A stretch of 62,820 nt of DNA, counting the filler, from Stramenopiles sp. TOSAG23-3 (Eukaryota): assembly GCA_900128585.1 (NCBI GenBank). It is 34 parts of 34 records of this genome, joined end to end, with 100 filler letters (N's around TTAATTAATTAA, not from the genome) between each part and the next. Parts side by side here need not be neighbours in the genome. Positions count along the whole stretch, not along the records: positions 13,022 to 14,778 come from LT645434.1; positions 14,879 to 16,634 come from LT645435.1; positions 16,735 to 18,490 come from LT645436.1; positions 18,591 to 20,345 come from LT645437.1; positions 20,446 to 22,199 come from LT645438.1; positions 22,300 to 24,052 come from LT645439.1; positions 24,153 to 25,904 come from LT645440.1; 27 more parts are not named here. One strand, written 5' to 3'. The notes beneath the pieces are model-generated. The model was not told where the DNA came from. It was given only the letters and a program-made list of their open reading frames with translations, and ran no database searches. The position numbers were made by a program, and so were the translations under genes. Shown piece after piece: positions 13,160 to 24,153 of this stretch. The stretch's first letter is position 1; every line of letters begins with the position of its first letter.

Positions 13160-14776
13160 TTAACACAAGTCTGTGTTACTTTTTTTTCTTTTGTTTGGAG
13201 CTGGGCCAGGTGGCTTATGGATGCTTTTCTTTCCACACATATGACATACGCAAACCTGCCTTTCTTTTCCTGTTTCTTTGTCAACAACTGTCTCGTATGG
13301 ACCATGTTTTACTCCCTTCAACTCTGTGTTAAGCTCATACCCCGACTGCTGAACAGTAATCAATGATCCCATCACTTCAAACATTTCTTTGTACTTTTCT
13401 AGTCTCCAATTTACATGACAATATTTATAGGGGTCTAAATTCCGTCGTTTTAAAACTGCCACAGCATGCTTGCAGGGTATACGCCACTCTTGCCACATAT
13501 TGCACGAACAAAAGCCATACCTCAGGTTCACTTGGTAATAAGTGTTTTCTCCTTCATCATGAACAGAACAAACTTGCGTGCCAGTTTCTGAATTGCGAGA
13601 ATATGCTGTTGTGGACAGGGTTTCTAGTAGACTGGTTGACTGACAATTTTTCGACTTTTCAAATCGCTTTTTTATTATTTTCTCACCTTCAGGGGTTAAG
13701 AATCCATCAAACTCCTTTGCCTGCTCCTTCAAGGCAGCAAACCGTCCCATATACCAGTTGTAGCTTACAATTATCATTTTCACAGGATGATAATAGCGCC
13801 ACCATCCACCAAAAAAAGAGCGGCCAGAACCAGGCTGTCCATTGACAATTTCTGAGGTTTGAGTACTGGTGATTCCATTTCTATAATATTTTTCTAGATC
13901 CCCATTTACATTGACAAAGGTCATTTTTGCACGGTAGTAATGTCTCTCATTTGTTTGAATTCTTTCATCCTGATCAGGATCAACATACGAGCCAAAACAG
14001 TACTGATAAAGTTCATCACCAAACTCTTGAATTTTCCCCCTCATGACCTCATATTGTTGAATAGTATACGCGAACGCACAATTTTCAAATAACTCTCCTG
14101 CAACTTTACCAAAACGTTTGACCACATTACCTTTTCTGTGCACAATGCATGCACTCCATTTTGAATATGTGTCATCAACTTTAGCAATTGCTGGACATAT
14201 TGATGTATGTTCATCTGATATAAGAGCCATATTGTTTGGTGTTACAACTAAATCAAACATGGGTTGCAAAAACCATTTCCATGTCAATGTCTTCTCTCTG
14301 CCACTATGCCCCATGCATGTGTGCACATTCATATTGGAATCTTTCATGGTGAATAAATATAGACACCCAAGAGCTGCACGTTTTCCCAGTGTTTTCATGT
14401 GTGCTGCATCAAACGAAATAATGGGAGCACAATACTTTGCTGCTCTTATAAATGCCCCTGGTATACATATAAAGCCTTGATAATGGCCCTCATTATCTCT
14501 TTTCAAATCAAAGTGTGTCTGAGAATCCAATTTTTTCAGTTCACTTTTTATGCTCAGCAATGCCTGGAAATCCTGGTCATTTCCAAAATTGTTTTCACGG
14601 ATTATTTCTCTTGCACGCCATACGAGTTGGTACTGGTCCTCTGGTAAAAACCGGGGGGAATCACGAATTCCCATGTCAGGGCAAAATGCCTCCAGAGCAT
14701 CCATCAATGTTGGTACACTAAGTAAAGGGTTTCTGATTACCATATGCTCAATCTGTTTTGCAATTTCATTTGCAGT
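13160..14776 (-). mobile_element. Mutator-like (MULE) DDE transposase with SWIM zinc finger (5' partial)
   Basis: ISFDAAH (D1), ISDEH (D2), CIVH (CxxH), SEIVN (E), SWIM CSC...IPCKH, C-terminal CxxC knuckle. Confidence 0.9.
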
Positions 14777-14878
14777 AANNNNNNNNNNNNNNNNNNNNNN
14801 NNNNNNNNNNNNNNNNNNNNNNTTAATTAATTAANNNNNNNNNNNNNNNNNNNNNNNNNNNNNNNNNNNNNNNNNNNN

Positions 14879-15961
14879 AGGAAGGTACGTAAACACGCTC
14901 TTTGAGGGCCCAGACAATCTCTCTAAAATGAGTTCAGCCGTCGCTTCCCCCGAAAGCTTTGGCAAAATGTCATTTATTTCGTTTATCAAGACGCCAAGCT
15001 CGGGTATAAATTCAATCAGCCCCTCCGGGATTAGCACCAGCCCGTATTTCTTTCCTGCGCTGCTCCGCGCTTCTATCAATTCGACAAGTTCGCGAGCGAC
15101 TTGGGACAGTGTCATCTGCTTGTGTTCAACTTCTTCTCCGATATAACACATGTTTGGTTGCACCTGCAATGCGCATTCGAGCGCAATATGAGACGCGCTC
15201 CGCCCCATTAGCCTAACAAAGTGGTACTTCTTTTTCGTCGACAAAGCATCCATGGCAAGCGAGCCGATCATTTCGGAGTACGTCTTGCAGGCGGTGTCAA
15301 ATCCAAAAGATACAGGGACAAACTCGTTTTTTAAATCCCCATCGATAGTCTTCGGAGCCCCGACGACGCAGACCTGGCTGCCTTTACTCGCAAAATATTC
15401 TGCAAGCATACACGCATTTGTGTTCGAATCGTCTCCACCGATTACGACGAGGCCATCCAGTTTTAAGTCCTCGCACGTCTTCAAACTGTCCGCAAATTGC
15501 TTGTCGGTATGAATTTTGTCGCGACCGGATCCTATCATATCAAATCCACCCATATTGTGGTATTTCTCAACATCTTGCTCTGTTATTTCTCGGTAATTCC
15601 CAGTGAATATCCCCTTTGGACCATTCAGAAAACCGAACAGTGTACCACCGCTTTCCTTCACGAAGCGATAAATCCCAGTAATGACGTTGTGACCTCCCGG
15701 TGCTTGCCCACCGGAAAGGACAACGGCGGCACGAACAGGGCGAACGGCGTCTTGGGCTCCTTGTTCACCGCTTTGAAAGGACACCGACTTTTGCCCATAG
15801 AGGCACGGGAAAAGATTTTTGATCTGTTCAGCATTCCCCGCTGCCGACGTGGCGGTAAGTCCTTTGACCAGAACACGGCTTTTGTCGTTCAAAACGGAAG
15901 GCAGCACGGGGGACACCTTCTGACGCCTGGCTTGCAGCGTAGAGGGGAAGGCGAAGTGCAT
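14879..15961 (-). CDS. PFP: Pyrophosphate-dependent phosphofructokinase (3' truncated)
   Basis: SGGQAPGGHNVI, GGFDMIGSGRDKI, GGDDSNT (PPi-type), PKTIDGD, RLMGRSASH. Confidence 0.95.
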
Positions 15962-16493
15962 CGCACAGTAGTTGTCCGGAATCAATAGCTGTGTCGTTCC
16001 CAAAGTTTTAAAAACTGAGTTTTGAGCGAGTTATTTCGGTAAAACGTAAAAATGAACGATTTGCAGCCTTTTTAAACCAAGTGGCATGAGACAAACTTTC
16101 ATTGGTGACGATCAATCACTACATACAGATACAATGTAAGCAAAGAAGGAATGAATGAAGAGAATTTAATGGTCGTCAACGCGTTGGTGGTGGTCGGTGA
16201 AGCGAAGGAGCGTCGTAGAGTCGTATATAAATAGATGATGAGCTGTTTTCTTTTCTTCTTCTTCTTCTTATTTTTTTTTACTAAAGAGTTATATAATAAT
16301 ACTAAGAATTACCATAGCCACAGCATCAACAAAAAACAATTTCAGCACCAAAAAATCTTTCAAAGACGCACCACAGACTACAGACCACAGAACACTATTG
16401 GATTATGATTCCACTCATAAAAATTATTGTATTTTTTATCTAAGACTTTTTTGAGTCCTCATAGTCCTCAGAATAGTTAAATTTTTTTGTTCT

Positions 16494-16634
16494 CCTTCGT
16501 TCCTTCGTTCCTTCGTTCCTTCGTTCCTTCCTTCGTTCCTTCGTTCCTTCGTTCCTTCCTTCCTTCCTTCGTTCCTTCGTTCCTTCCTTCCTTCCTTCCT
16601 TCCTTCCTTCCTTCCTTCCTTCCTTCCTTCCTTC
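16494..16634 (+). repeat. (CTTC/GTTC)n tetranucleotide microsatellite
   Basis: Direct reading. Confidence 0.95.
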
Positions 16635-17365
16635 NNNNNNNNNNNNNNNNNNNNNNNNNNNNNNNNNNNNNNNNNNNNTTAATTAATTAANNNNNNNNNN
16701 NNNNNNNNNNNNNNNNNNNNNNNNNNNNNNNNNNACACCAACAATGCGCATGCGTTCCGCCAGTCCTTTACCGTGGTCCTCATAATGTACACTTTTATCC
16801 GTCGCGGGTCAAGCCTGCAATTCTTCCGCCGGTATTTCGAATCGGTGAACGAAACAGGCAGGCGCTTCGACATTTTGATCTCCTGCGGCGTCCGTCCGTC
16901 CGTATATATCTATTATGACTTCTTCGAGATGGTGCAACCAAAAAAAAACAAAACCAATCAATCGGGTGGCTTTTGATTTGTTTACGCAACCAAAACCAAC
17001 AAAAAAATGCGAAGTTCGACGTATGAAAATTCACGCATTCATGCAAAAGCTATGATGATGAATTAAAGATTTAAACTGAGCTTGCTTCAGTGAACACTTA
17101 AAAAAGTAGAGAGTAGTAGAGAGAGAGCGAGAAGAATTATTAATAAAATTATTCTTCATTCACTTTTTTAAAATAATAAAAAAATTTTCAACAAAAAAAA
17201 AAAAAAAAAAAAAAGAAGAAGACGGGATCGGCGGAGAATAAGCTTTATTAAGGAGTTTTAAATCATCGATTTACAATACGTATCGTACTTAATATATAAT
17301 TAACTTGAACTTAAATTATGTTTTATATTACTTAATCCTTAATTATATTTTTCAGTATCTTTGGA

Positions 17366-18400
17366 TTACCGTCTGAATTTGTATTTTGAACTACTAACAA
17401 CACCAATGGATTGTTCGGAACGATTGTACCAAGAAGAGTCGTCTTGTTGATTGTAATTTCCATCTTGATCATTATAGGAACCGTTGCTTTCTCCCTCATC
17501 CCTTTGGTTCAACTTTCGTTTTCCTAAATATACCCCTTTTTGCTTTTCTTTCCCTGCCTCGTTTATGATGTCAACTTTTAGCTTTCGATTGAAACGAGTG
17601 GCGCCATCCAGTTTCTCGATCTCCTCTTTGACGTGTGAGCCTTGCAGAATGATAAACGCAAACCCTCGAAAGGACCCGTCTTGGTTGTTTGCGCGCTTAA
17701 CGCTGAGCACTCTCCCCGTGCTAGAGCAATTGGCAAACAATTTAAACAAATCGTCGTCGTCAGGTTTGCCTTGAAACGGCAGGTTTTTTACACAAATCTT
17801 ACACGACCCCATCGCTTTCCTGGACTTGGTGATCGTTTTCGCTTTCTCAACACTTATCCATCTGCCTCCAAGAGTGGATTTGTTGTACAATTTTATCGCC
17901 TTCTTCACGCTCTTGTTGGTCTTGAACTGGACTATGCATATCCCCTTTAATTTTCTCGAGGGGAACCCAAACTTGTTCTTCACGCACAATATCTCCCCGC
18001 ACTCGCGGAAATGCTCCTTCACGTCGTCGTCGACGCTTTTGAAGGGAAGCCCTTTAACTAAAATTTCAAACCCACTGTGCACCGCCAATGGGGCCGCCAG
18101 TTTCTTTACCGCCTCGGTCTTGGCTGGCTGCTTCGCTGCTGCTGCAGCGGGGCCAGGAACCGCATCTTCCCCGTCGCTACTTTCCGAAGACGACGAAGAC
18201 GACGAACTGCTAGAAGAGGACGACGAAGACGAGGACGAACTGTCCGACCTAACCCTTTTCGTGGTGTTCAACATTTCTATCCCAGAACAAAACAGATCAA
18301 TGGAACTCGCAAACCGGAAAAATGTTTTGTGTTTTTCTGCCATTATGAACCATTGCCTTTTCAAAAACACATTAATACATGCCACGTTGCCCATCATCAC
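17366..18400 (-). CDS. Two-RRM nucleolin/Nsr1-like RNA-binding protein
   Basis: Ser/acidic N-terminal tract, then two RRMs (VKGLPF...KGICIVQF; VKNLPF...RGFAFI). True start uncertain. Confidence 0.8.
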   Translation of the reverse strand: MMMGNVACINVFLKRQWFIMAEKHKTFFRFASSIDLFCSGIEMLNTTKRVRSDSSSSSSSSSSSSSSSSSSSESSDGEDAVPGPAAAAAKQPAKTEAVKKLAAPLAVHSGFEILVKGLPFKSVDDDVKEHFRECGEILCVKNKFGFPSRKLKGICIVQFKTNKSVKKAIKLYNKSTLGGRWISVEKAKTITKSRKAMGSCKICVKNLPFQGKPDDDDLFKLFANCSSTGRVLSVKRANNQDGSFRGFAFIILQGSHVKEEIEKLDGATRFNRKLKVDIINEAGKEKQKGVYLGKRKLNQRDEGESNGSYNDQDGNYNQQDDSSWYNRSEQSIGVVSSSKYKFRR

Positions 18401-18664
18401 ATACTTGCTGAGGTGTAATAGAAAAGAAAGGAAAAAGCGAGGGGAGGAGCGGCGGCGCGTTTTAATATTATTTTTTGTGGCTCGAAAATCNNNNNNNNNN
18501 NNNNNNNNNNNNNNNNNNNNNNNNNNNNNNNNNNTTAATTAATTAANNNNNNNNNNNNNNNNNNNNNNNNNNNNNNNNNNNNNNNNNNNNTCATTGTTCC
18601 GGCCAAAACCTCACCTCAGAATACATCATCCCGACGTTAAAACACAATAACAACAATATTGGCA

Positions 18665-19150
18665 ATGAAAGTTTCAATAATTTTAACAATGGCGGTGGCC
18701 ATCGGCCTAGCCGGGTATACGAACGCTGCGAGGAATTGTGTGTCGCAGTGTGGACAATTTCCGTCGTGTCGGTCTGGTGATTTTTCTTGCTACGCTCGAG
18801 AACGCGCGTTCAGGGCATGCTGGAAACGTTGCGCTGGGGTGCGGCGCTTAGGGTATGCGCTTGACTCTGAAGGGGATGATGATGTATTCGTTCGACGACT
18901 ATCGACGAAGAGAGATAATCGTAATCGATCGTCTAGGAAATGCAAAAAGGCAGGAGAAGCCTTTAGCAGGTGGAGTGGGCATTGTGAAGGTACTTGCGAC
19001 AATCCCAGACCCATGTGCAAAGCGGTTGTCAGCCCGGGCTGCAAGTGCATGAGGGGCTACGTTCGCGACAAGAGGACGGACAAGTGCATCCCACGTGAAT
19101 ATTGTGATTACGCTAAGGTCGATGTAAGTCCCGTACTTTATCGTCTTTGA
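18665..19150 (+). CDS. Secreted Cys-rich precursor with TIL (trypsin-inhibitor-like) domain
   Basis: Signal peptide; C-terminal CEGTCDNP..MC....PGCKC..GYVRD...CIP..C. Confidence 0.8.
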   Translation: MKVSIILTMAVAIGLAGYTNAARNCVSQCGQFPSCRSGDFSCYARERAFRACWKRCAGVRRLGYALDSEGDDDVFVRRLSTKRDNRNRSSRKCKKAGEAFSRWSGHCEGTCDNPRPMCKAVVSPGCKCMRGYVRDKRTDKCIPREYCDYAKVDVSPVLYRL

Positions 19151-19852
19151 TACGAAGGCTAGCGTCGATCCCGTCGATATTTTTACCCGCAAACACAGCG
19201 TGATCGTATCTGGTTCGAACGTTCCAATGGCCGAATTGGAAAAAAAAGAGAGTGCGCGTGTTTGGCACAACTTTCTTACGAACCATATACTCGCTCAGAC
19301 GAAACCAATGCTCCGCTTGGGTTATAAGTATTTAACTACGATAACAAACGACTCTGATGAATTCAGCGAAGAAGTGATCTACTCACAAGGGTCTCCAAAG
19401 GTGGGCGATGTTTTCACGGACTACGATTGGGATTTGGATCGTTTTGTTGAGTACAAATCGCCTCTAAAAAGAAAAGAAATATTATCACCTGGTAATAATT
19501 CTTCTCATTGGAATAGGAATAAAAATAATTCCTCTGTGATGATGATGATGATTGACAACCATCAACGACGAAACGAAATTAAGAAATTTAAAAGATCAAA
19601 TTAAAAAATTGAGATAGGATTAGGGTTGGATTTGAAGTAGTAGTATTTGATTTAAAATGAGAGTCTTAAAACATACTATAGTACTATATATAATTTGTTT
19701 TTTTTTCATATTCATATCATAGTGTAATGCTTTAAAACTCTCATTTTAAATCAATTACATGATATCTTGGTAACGTATTATTTTTGTTCCTTTTTACGTA
19801 AAAATTACTCGCAGCGGTCACTTTCCCTTGCGCCCACGGTGCTTCCCGCTCT

Positions 19853-20344
19853 CTAAAAGTCTGGTATCTTGTCTACCCATTCCGGGTGGTCAATAAAGGG
19901 GGACCGGTTCTTCTGAATCGCGTAGACGTCGTTGTTGAAGGTCATTTCCAAGTCGGTGGGGGGGTCTTGCTTGTGCCACTTCCGCAGGACGTCCTCCATC
20001 CAGGGCTTGATGTGCGATGCGTTCACCCCTGCGACGTTGCAGCAGCTCCACTTTCCAAAGTACGCCGTGGACAAATAAAAGTAGCTCCGGGCAATGTCCC
20101 CTTTGAACTCGTCAGAAATCTCGAAGCAGCTCCCCTCTGGCGCCCCGTCGGAGGAGCAGGGGCCGACCTTGGCCCCGTTCGAGGACGTGTACGTGGGGTT
20201 GGCGACTTCCCCGAGCGGAAAGTTCCCCCGGAGGTTGTTGACGTACCCGTCGGCGGACCACAGCTCGTGAAGGTCGGTCTGGGCCCCTTGGCCTTTCGAA
20301 AATCCGCCCCACCAGCTCTTTGGCCAGCCGTGCTCTCGATTCCA
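19853..20344 (-). CDS. Endonuclease I family nuclease (Bsn/EndA-like), 5' partial; only its tail is in the ORF track
   Basis: Translating from 20344 gives WNREHGWPKSWWGG...TDLHELWSADGYVNNLRGNFPLGEV...KGDIARSYFYL...WHKQDPP...RSPFIDHPE. Confidence 0.9.
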   Translation of the reverse strand, partial: WNREHGWPKSWWGGFSKGQGAQTDLHELWSADGYVNNLRGNFPLGEVANPTYTSSNGAKVGPCSSDGAPEGSCFEISDEFKGDIARSYFYLSTAYFGKWSCCNVAGVNASHIKPWMEDVLRKWHKQDPPTDLEMTFNNDVYAIQKNRSPFIDHPEWVDKIPDF

Positions 20345-20939
20345 GNNNNNNNNNNNNNNNNNNNNNNNNNNNNNNNNNNNNNNNNNNNNTTAATTAATTA
20401 ANNNNNNNNNNNNNNNNNNNNNNNNNNNNNNNNNNNNNNNNNNNNATTGGAATAAAAATAATTCCTCTGTGATGATTGACAATCATCAACGACGAAAAAA
20501 CGAAATTAAAAAATCAAATTAAAATATCAAGATAGGATCATATTAGGGTTGGAACTGAAATAGTAATTGATTTAAAATGAGAGTCTTAAAACATACTACT
20601 ACTATAATAATAGACGACTATATTATAATTTGATTTTACTTACGCTTACAATGGGGCTTATTACATATACAAAAAAAAAAATATTATTTTTTTCAACAAA
20701 ACAACAAAACAAACTAAATTTTAATATAATAAAATAAAACTTGGAAAAATGAAAAAAACAGATTTCGTCTATATTGTCTATTGTATGAAACATAATCGAG
20801 TAGTCCCCCCCTCTTAAGCTTCCCTGCTCTCTTCATTGATTTTTTTCATTCTTTCAAGGACGTTCGAAGCGTTTGATAATTGAACGAAAGTATCACTTTG
20901 ACAGCATTGGAGTATGCCTACGTGGGTGGACTTTGTGTG

Positions 20940-22199
20940 ATGCAGGTATTGGGGATTTTCCTATCGCTACTTAGTTTGGCCGGTGGGGCAGTTTCTGCAC
21001 CTGGGGGGAGCAACGAGGCGACTGCAATATGGCACAATGATCAAGGAAACATCGCTCTAAAATCCGGAAATCTTCTGCGGGCGCTAGATCATTACCAAAA
21101 TGCATACGCTCGCCTCTCCAACCACGCCTCAATCCAGTCGAATATTTTGTCAACTTTAGTTCGCCTGGGGCGACCGTTCGACGCGGTGAACAAGGCAGTC
21201 GAATTTGGCCTGCTGAACGAATCGGGCCTGGTTGGAGATTACATCGTAAGGACCCAGAAAGACCAGAAACGGCTTCAAAAGAAAAGGAGAGAGTTGGGAA
21301 AAACCGAGAGTGATCTTTCTGTGTATGGAGTAATAGGCGTCGCGCTGCACAACATTCACCGCCTGGACATGGCTGTCCTTTCGTTTCGGCAAGCACTTTT
21401 TGAAAATGAAAAGGATGGGGTGACCTGGGTTAACTTGGGAGAGACTCTGTTGCACCAGCGGCGCGCAGGAAGCGCTATCTGGGCATTCGAAAACGCGCTT
21501 CTGGTGCACCGGGTTTCTGACGACTTCTCTCCCTTGTTAAAGGCTCGGAGCTGGCTCTGCGACTGGAGGGACCGAGGGGTTCTCGAGGCAATAGTGCAGG
21601 AAAGCTTTCGAAATAGCACAAAAAGGATACGGGCGACTGGGGATTTCATCAACGTGAAAGCAAGCGAGATGCTCAAACAGAGCAAATTGTTGTGGCCAAA
21701 GTCCAGGGAGACCCCGAGACTGATTGCATCAGGCGTTCGCAGTGTGCTTCGAAAGCGGTGGTCTCGAACGGCGAGCGCCCCGCCACCTCGCCTTCGGGTT
21801 GGACTGTTGTCGGCTGATTTTGGCGTGCACCCGGTGTCGTCCTTGATTCGTGGGGTTGTTGGATTCTTCAATACGAGTAGGATAGACTGCTACCTGTTGA
21901 TATGGACGGAAGAGCAGTCTTGGTGGCGGAAAAATATTACAGCAGTTGCAGAAAACGTCGTGGACCTGTTTGGTCTCAGTGTTGAGGCCGCAGCGAGAAA
22001 AGTCCAAAGTCTCGGTGTCGACGTTCTCATTGACCTCAGTGGCTTGACGCTGCACAGCGGGTTAGAAATACTAGGGCTTCGACCGGCACCCCTCCAGCTG
22101 TCATTTCTGGGGTTTCCCATGTCTACAGGGACTTCCTTCGTTGACTATTTTGTGACAGACTCGAATGCACTGGATCCTGCAGTCTCGAAAGAAGATTTT
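20940..22199 (+). CDS. TPR + glycosyltransferase family 41 (OGT/SPINDLY-like) protein (3' truncated)
   Basis: TPRs, LCDW, LRVGLLSADFGVHPV, DVLIDLSGLT, RPAPLQLSFLGFPMSTG..FVDYFVTD. Confidence 0.9.
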
Positions 22200-22299
22200 N
22201 NNNNNNNNNNNNNNNNNNNNNNNNNNNNNNNNNNNNNNNNNNNTTAATTAATTAANNNNNNNNNNNNNNNNNNNNNNNNNNNNNNNNNNNNNNNNNNNN

Positions 22300-22719
22300 C
22301 TGCCAGCATCAATTTTTGTTATAGACCACGAAACAGAAATATATCAGAAGCGAAAGATGTTGGAATGTTCACGAAAGCGGAAGAGGCGATGTACTAGAGA
22401 GTTGCGACAAACTTTTTCTGTCGCAAAATTTCGCCGTAGATGCAATATGTCACGTCTAAATATAGTGTTTCGATCTTGGCATTCTCGTATTCAATTCGAG
22501 AAAGTTTTGTCTGCCAAATTTTTTCATCGGAAACTTTATTCCAAGGCAATGAAAGCATTTCGTGCGAATGCAAGTGGAGTCCTCCCGAGCGATGAAGAAA
22601 CTGAGGAATGCCGTAGTGATGTCGGGAGTGAAAAGTCCACAAAATTTCCAAAGCCTAAGTCTGGTCCAGGGTATTTAGAATTGTACAAAAGAAAAAAAAT
22701 GTCGCTGGAGAAACAGTAG
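22300..22719 (+). CDS. Hypothetical protein C-terminus (5' partial)
   Basis: Frame open from contig start; basic helical segments with F..W motifs (weak Sfi1-like resemblance). Confidence 0.45.
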   Translation: MPASIFVIDHETEIYQKRKMLECSRKRKRRCTRELRQTFSVAKFRRRCNMSRLNIVFRSWHSRIQFEKVLSAKFFHRKLYSKAMKAFRANASGVLPSDEETEECRSDVGSEKSTKFPKPKSGPGYLELYKRKKMSLEKQ

Positions 22720-23378
22720 CGTCGACTCGAAAAATTACTCGTTGCAAGTCATAAAATTATGAATTGATAATGTGTGTTTCAAATTTGTCAAAATAAATAA
22801 TATTGACAAATGGATTTATTTATCATATTAGATGGAGGAGATGGCGTGTTAGCTTTTACTGCTGCGCGTGTATAATTGTTTTTGTAAAAATTACCCATTT
22901 TTGTTTTTTGTATCCGTTGCAAAGATTAATTGTAAAACAATCCGTTGTTGTATGTCATTTGAGAAAAAAAAATTATATTAGCATTTGTCATTTTAGGAAA
23001 TATTTCACAAGAAAAAGTTTACACCCAGATCTTATTTTCACTTCTTTTATAAAAAGTTTTATGTGATGATAAAAACAAAATCATTGCCAATCCACCTACT
23101 GATTCGGATCATGCATGGAGTACATCTGAGAATGATAGTCAAGACTAAGTGACAAGGGTATATTGTTTAGAATGGACAACAGGAGCAGATTCACGAGGAA
23201 GATAAATTTTAATTTTACACATTTAAATAACAGCCAATTTTTTGTTTTTAAAAACAAAATATGTGCTGGAAACAAAATTTAAATTTAATTATTAAATAAA
23301 AACAAAAAAATTGGCTGTTATTTAAGTAGAAGTTTATATTTTGTTAATTAAAGTTTGAACACGTTAAGTTCCTTTTGT

Positions 23379-24050
23379 TTAGGTTTCTTTATTGCGAAGT
23401 GCGATTGCATCTCTGAACACTTTAACTTTTTCAGAAATATTGCGTGCCCCTAGATTTAACCATTGCTGGGAAAATTCTTGGAGCAAAAATACTTTTTCCC
23501 GCTTCGAATGGTGCAGCTTGAAATTTGGTCGTTCTGTACCGTTCATCGTGATGCCAAGAGTTGAACCATTATTGTTACGGGCAAAGTTTTCCAGGTCCAA
23601 GGTATCTACCTTTTCACTACTCTCCTCAGACAGGCTTGGTTTCGAGTCGCTGTCAATAAGTTCCATTGAATTTTCCTTCTTTGCTTCTTCTGCCTCAGCA
23701 CCCACATCTTCCTCTTCTACAAAACTACTCGAGGGTCGCTCGGCAGCACAGTTTTGTTCGTTCGGAAAAAAACCTTTACCACCTACATACCACCATACGC
23801 TTTCTTCTCCTTGAACCCCGCTTGCCTGTATGTACCCTGGGTCCTTCCTGTATTCTCGCTTTGCCCTTAACACCTCTGATTCAACGTGCAACTTTATATT
23901 TTTGACTCCAGTCGGGGGTTTCCACTCCTTCGCTTTATACTTGTGTGTGTTCACTGGCTCTCCACCAGGTCCTGAGCCCCAGGCTTTTCTTTGTACCGGA
24001 GTACCCTTCTGTTCCTCAGTTTTCGGCAATCGTTTTTTCCTCCTGCGTTG
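23379..24050 (-). CDS. Hypothetical protein C-terminus (5' partial)
   Basis: Open frame with coding-like composition to contig end. Confidence 0.55.
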   Translation of the reverse strand, partial: QRRRKKRLPKTEEQKGTPVQRKAWGSGPGGEPVNTHKYKAKEWKPPTGVKNIKLHVESEVLRAKREYRKDPGYIQASGVQGEESVWWYVGGKGFFPNEQNCAAERPSSSFVEEEDVGAEAEEAKKENSMELIDSDSKPSLSEESSEKVDTLDLENFARNNNGSTLGITMNGTERPNFKLHHSKREKVFLLQEFSQQWLNLGARNISEKVKVFRDAIALRNKET

Positions 24051-24153
24051 CTNNNNNNNNNNNNNNNNNNNNNNNNNNNNNNNNNNNNNNNNNNNNTTAA
24101 TTAATTAANNNNNNNNNNNNNNNNNNNNNNNNNNNNNNNNNNNNNNNNNNNNC

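Noticed and set aside
19200-19604. 134-aa ORF downstream of the TIL gene
   Set aside because: No motif, and its 3' part runs through the modular repeat; not supportable as a gene.
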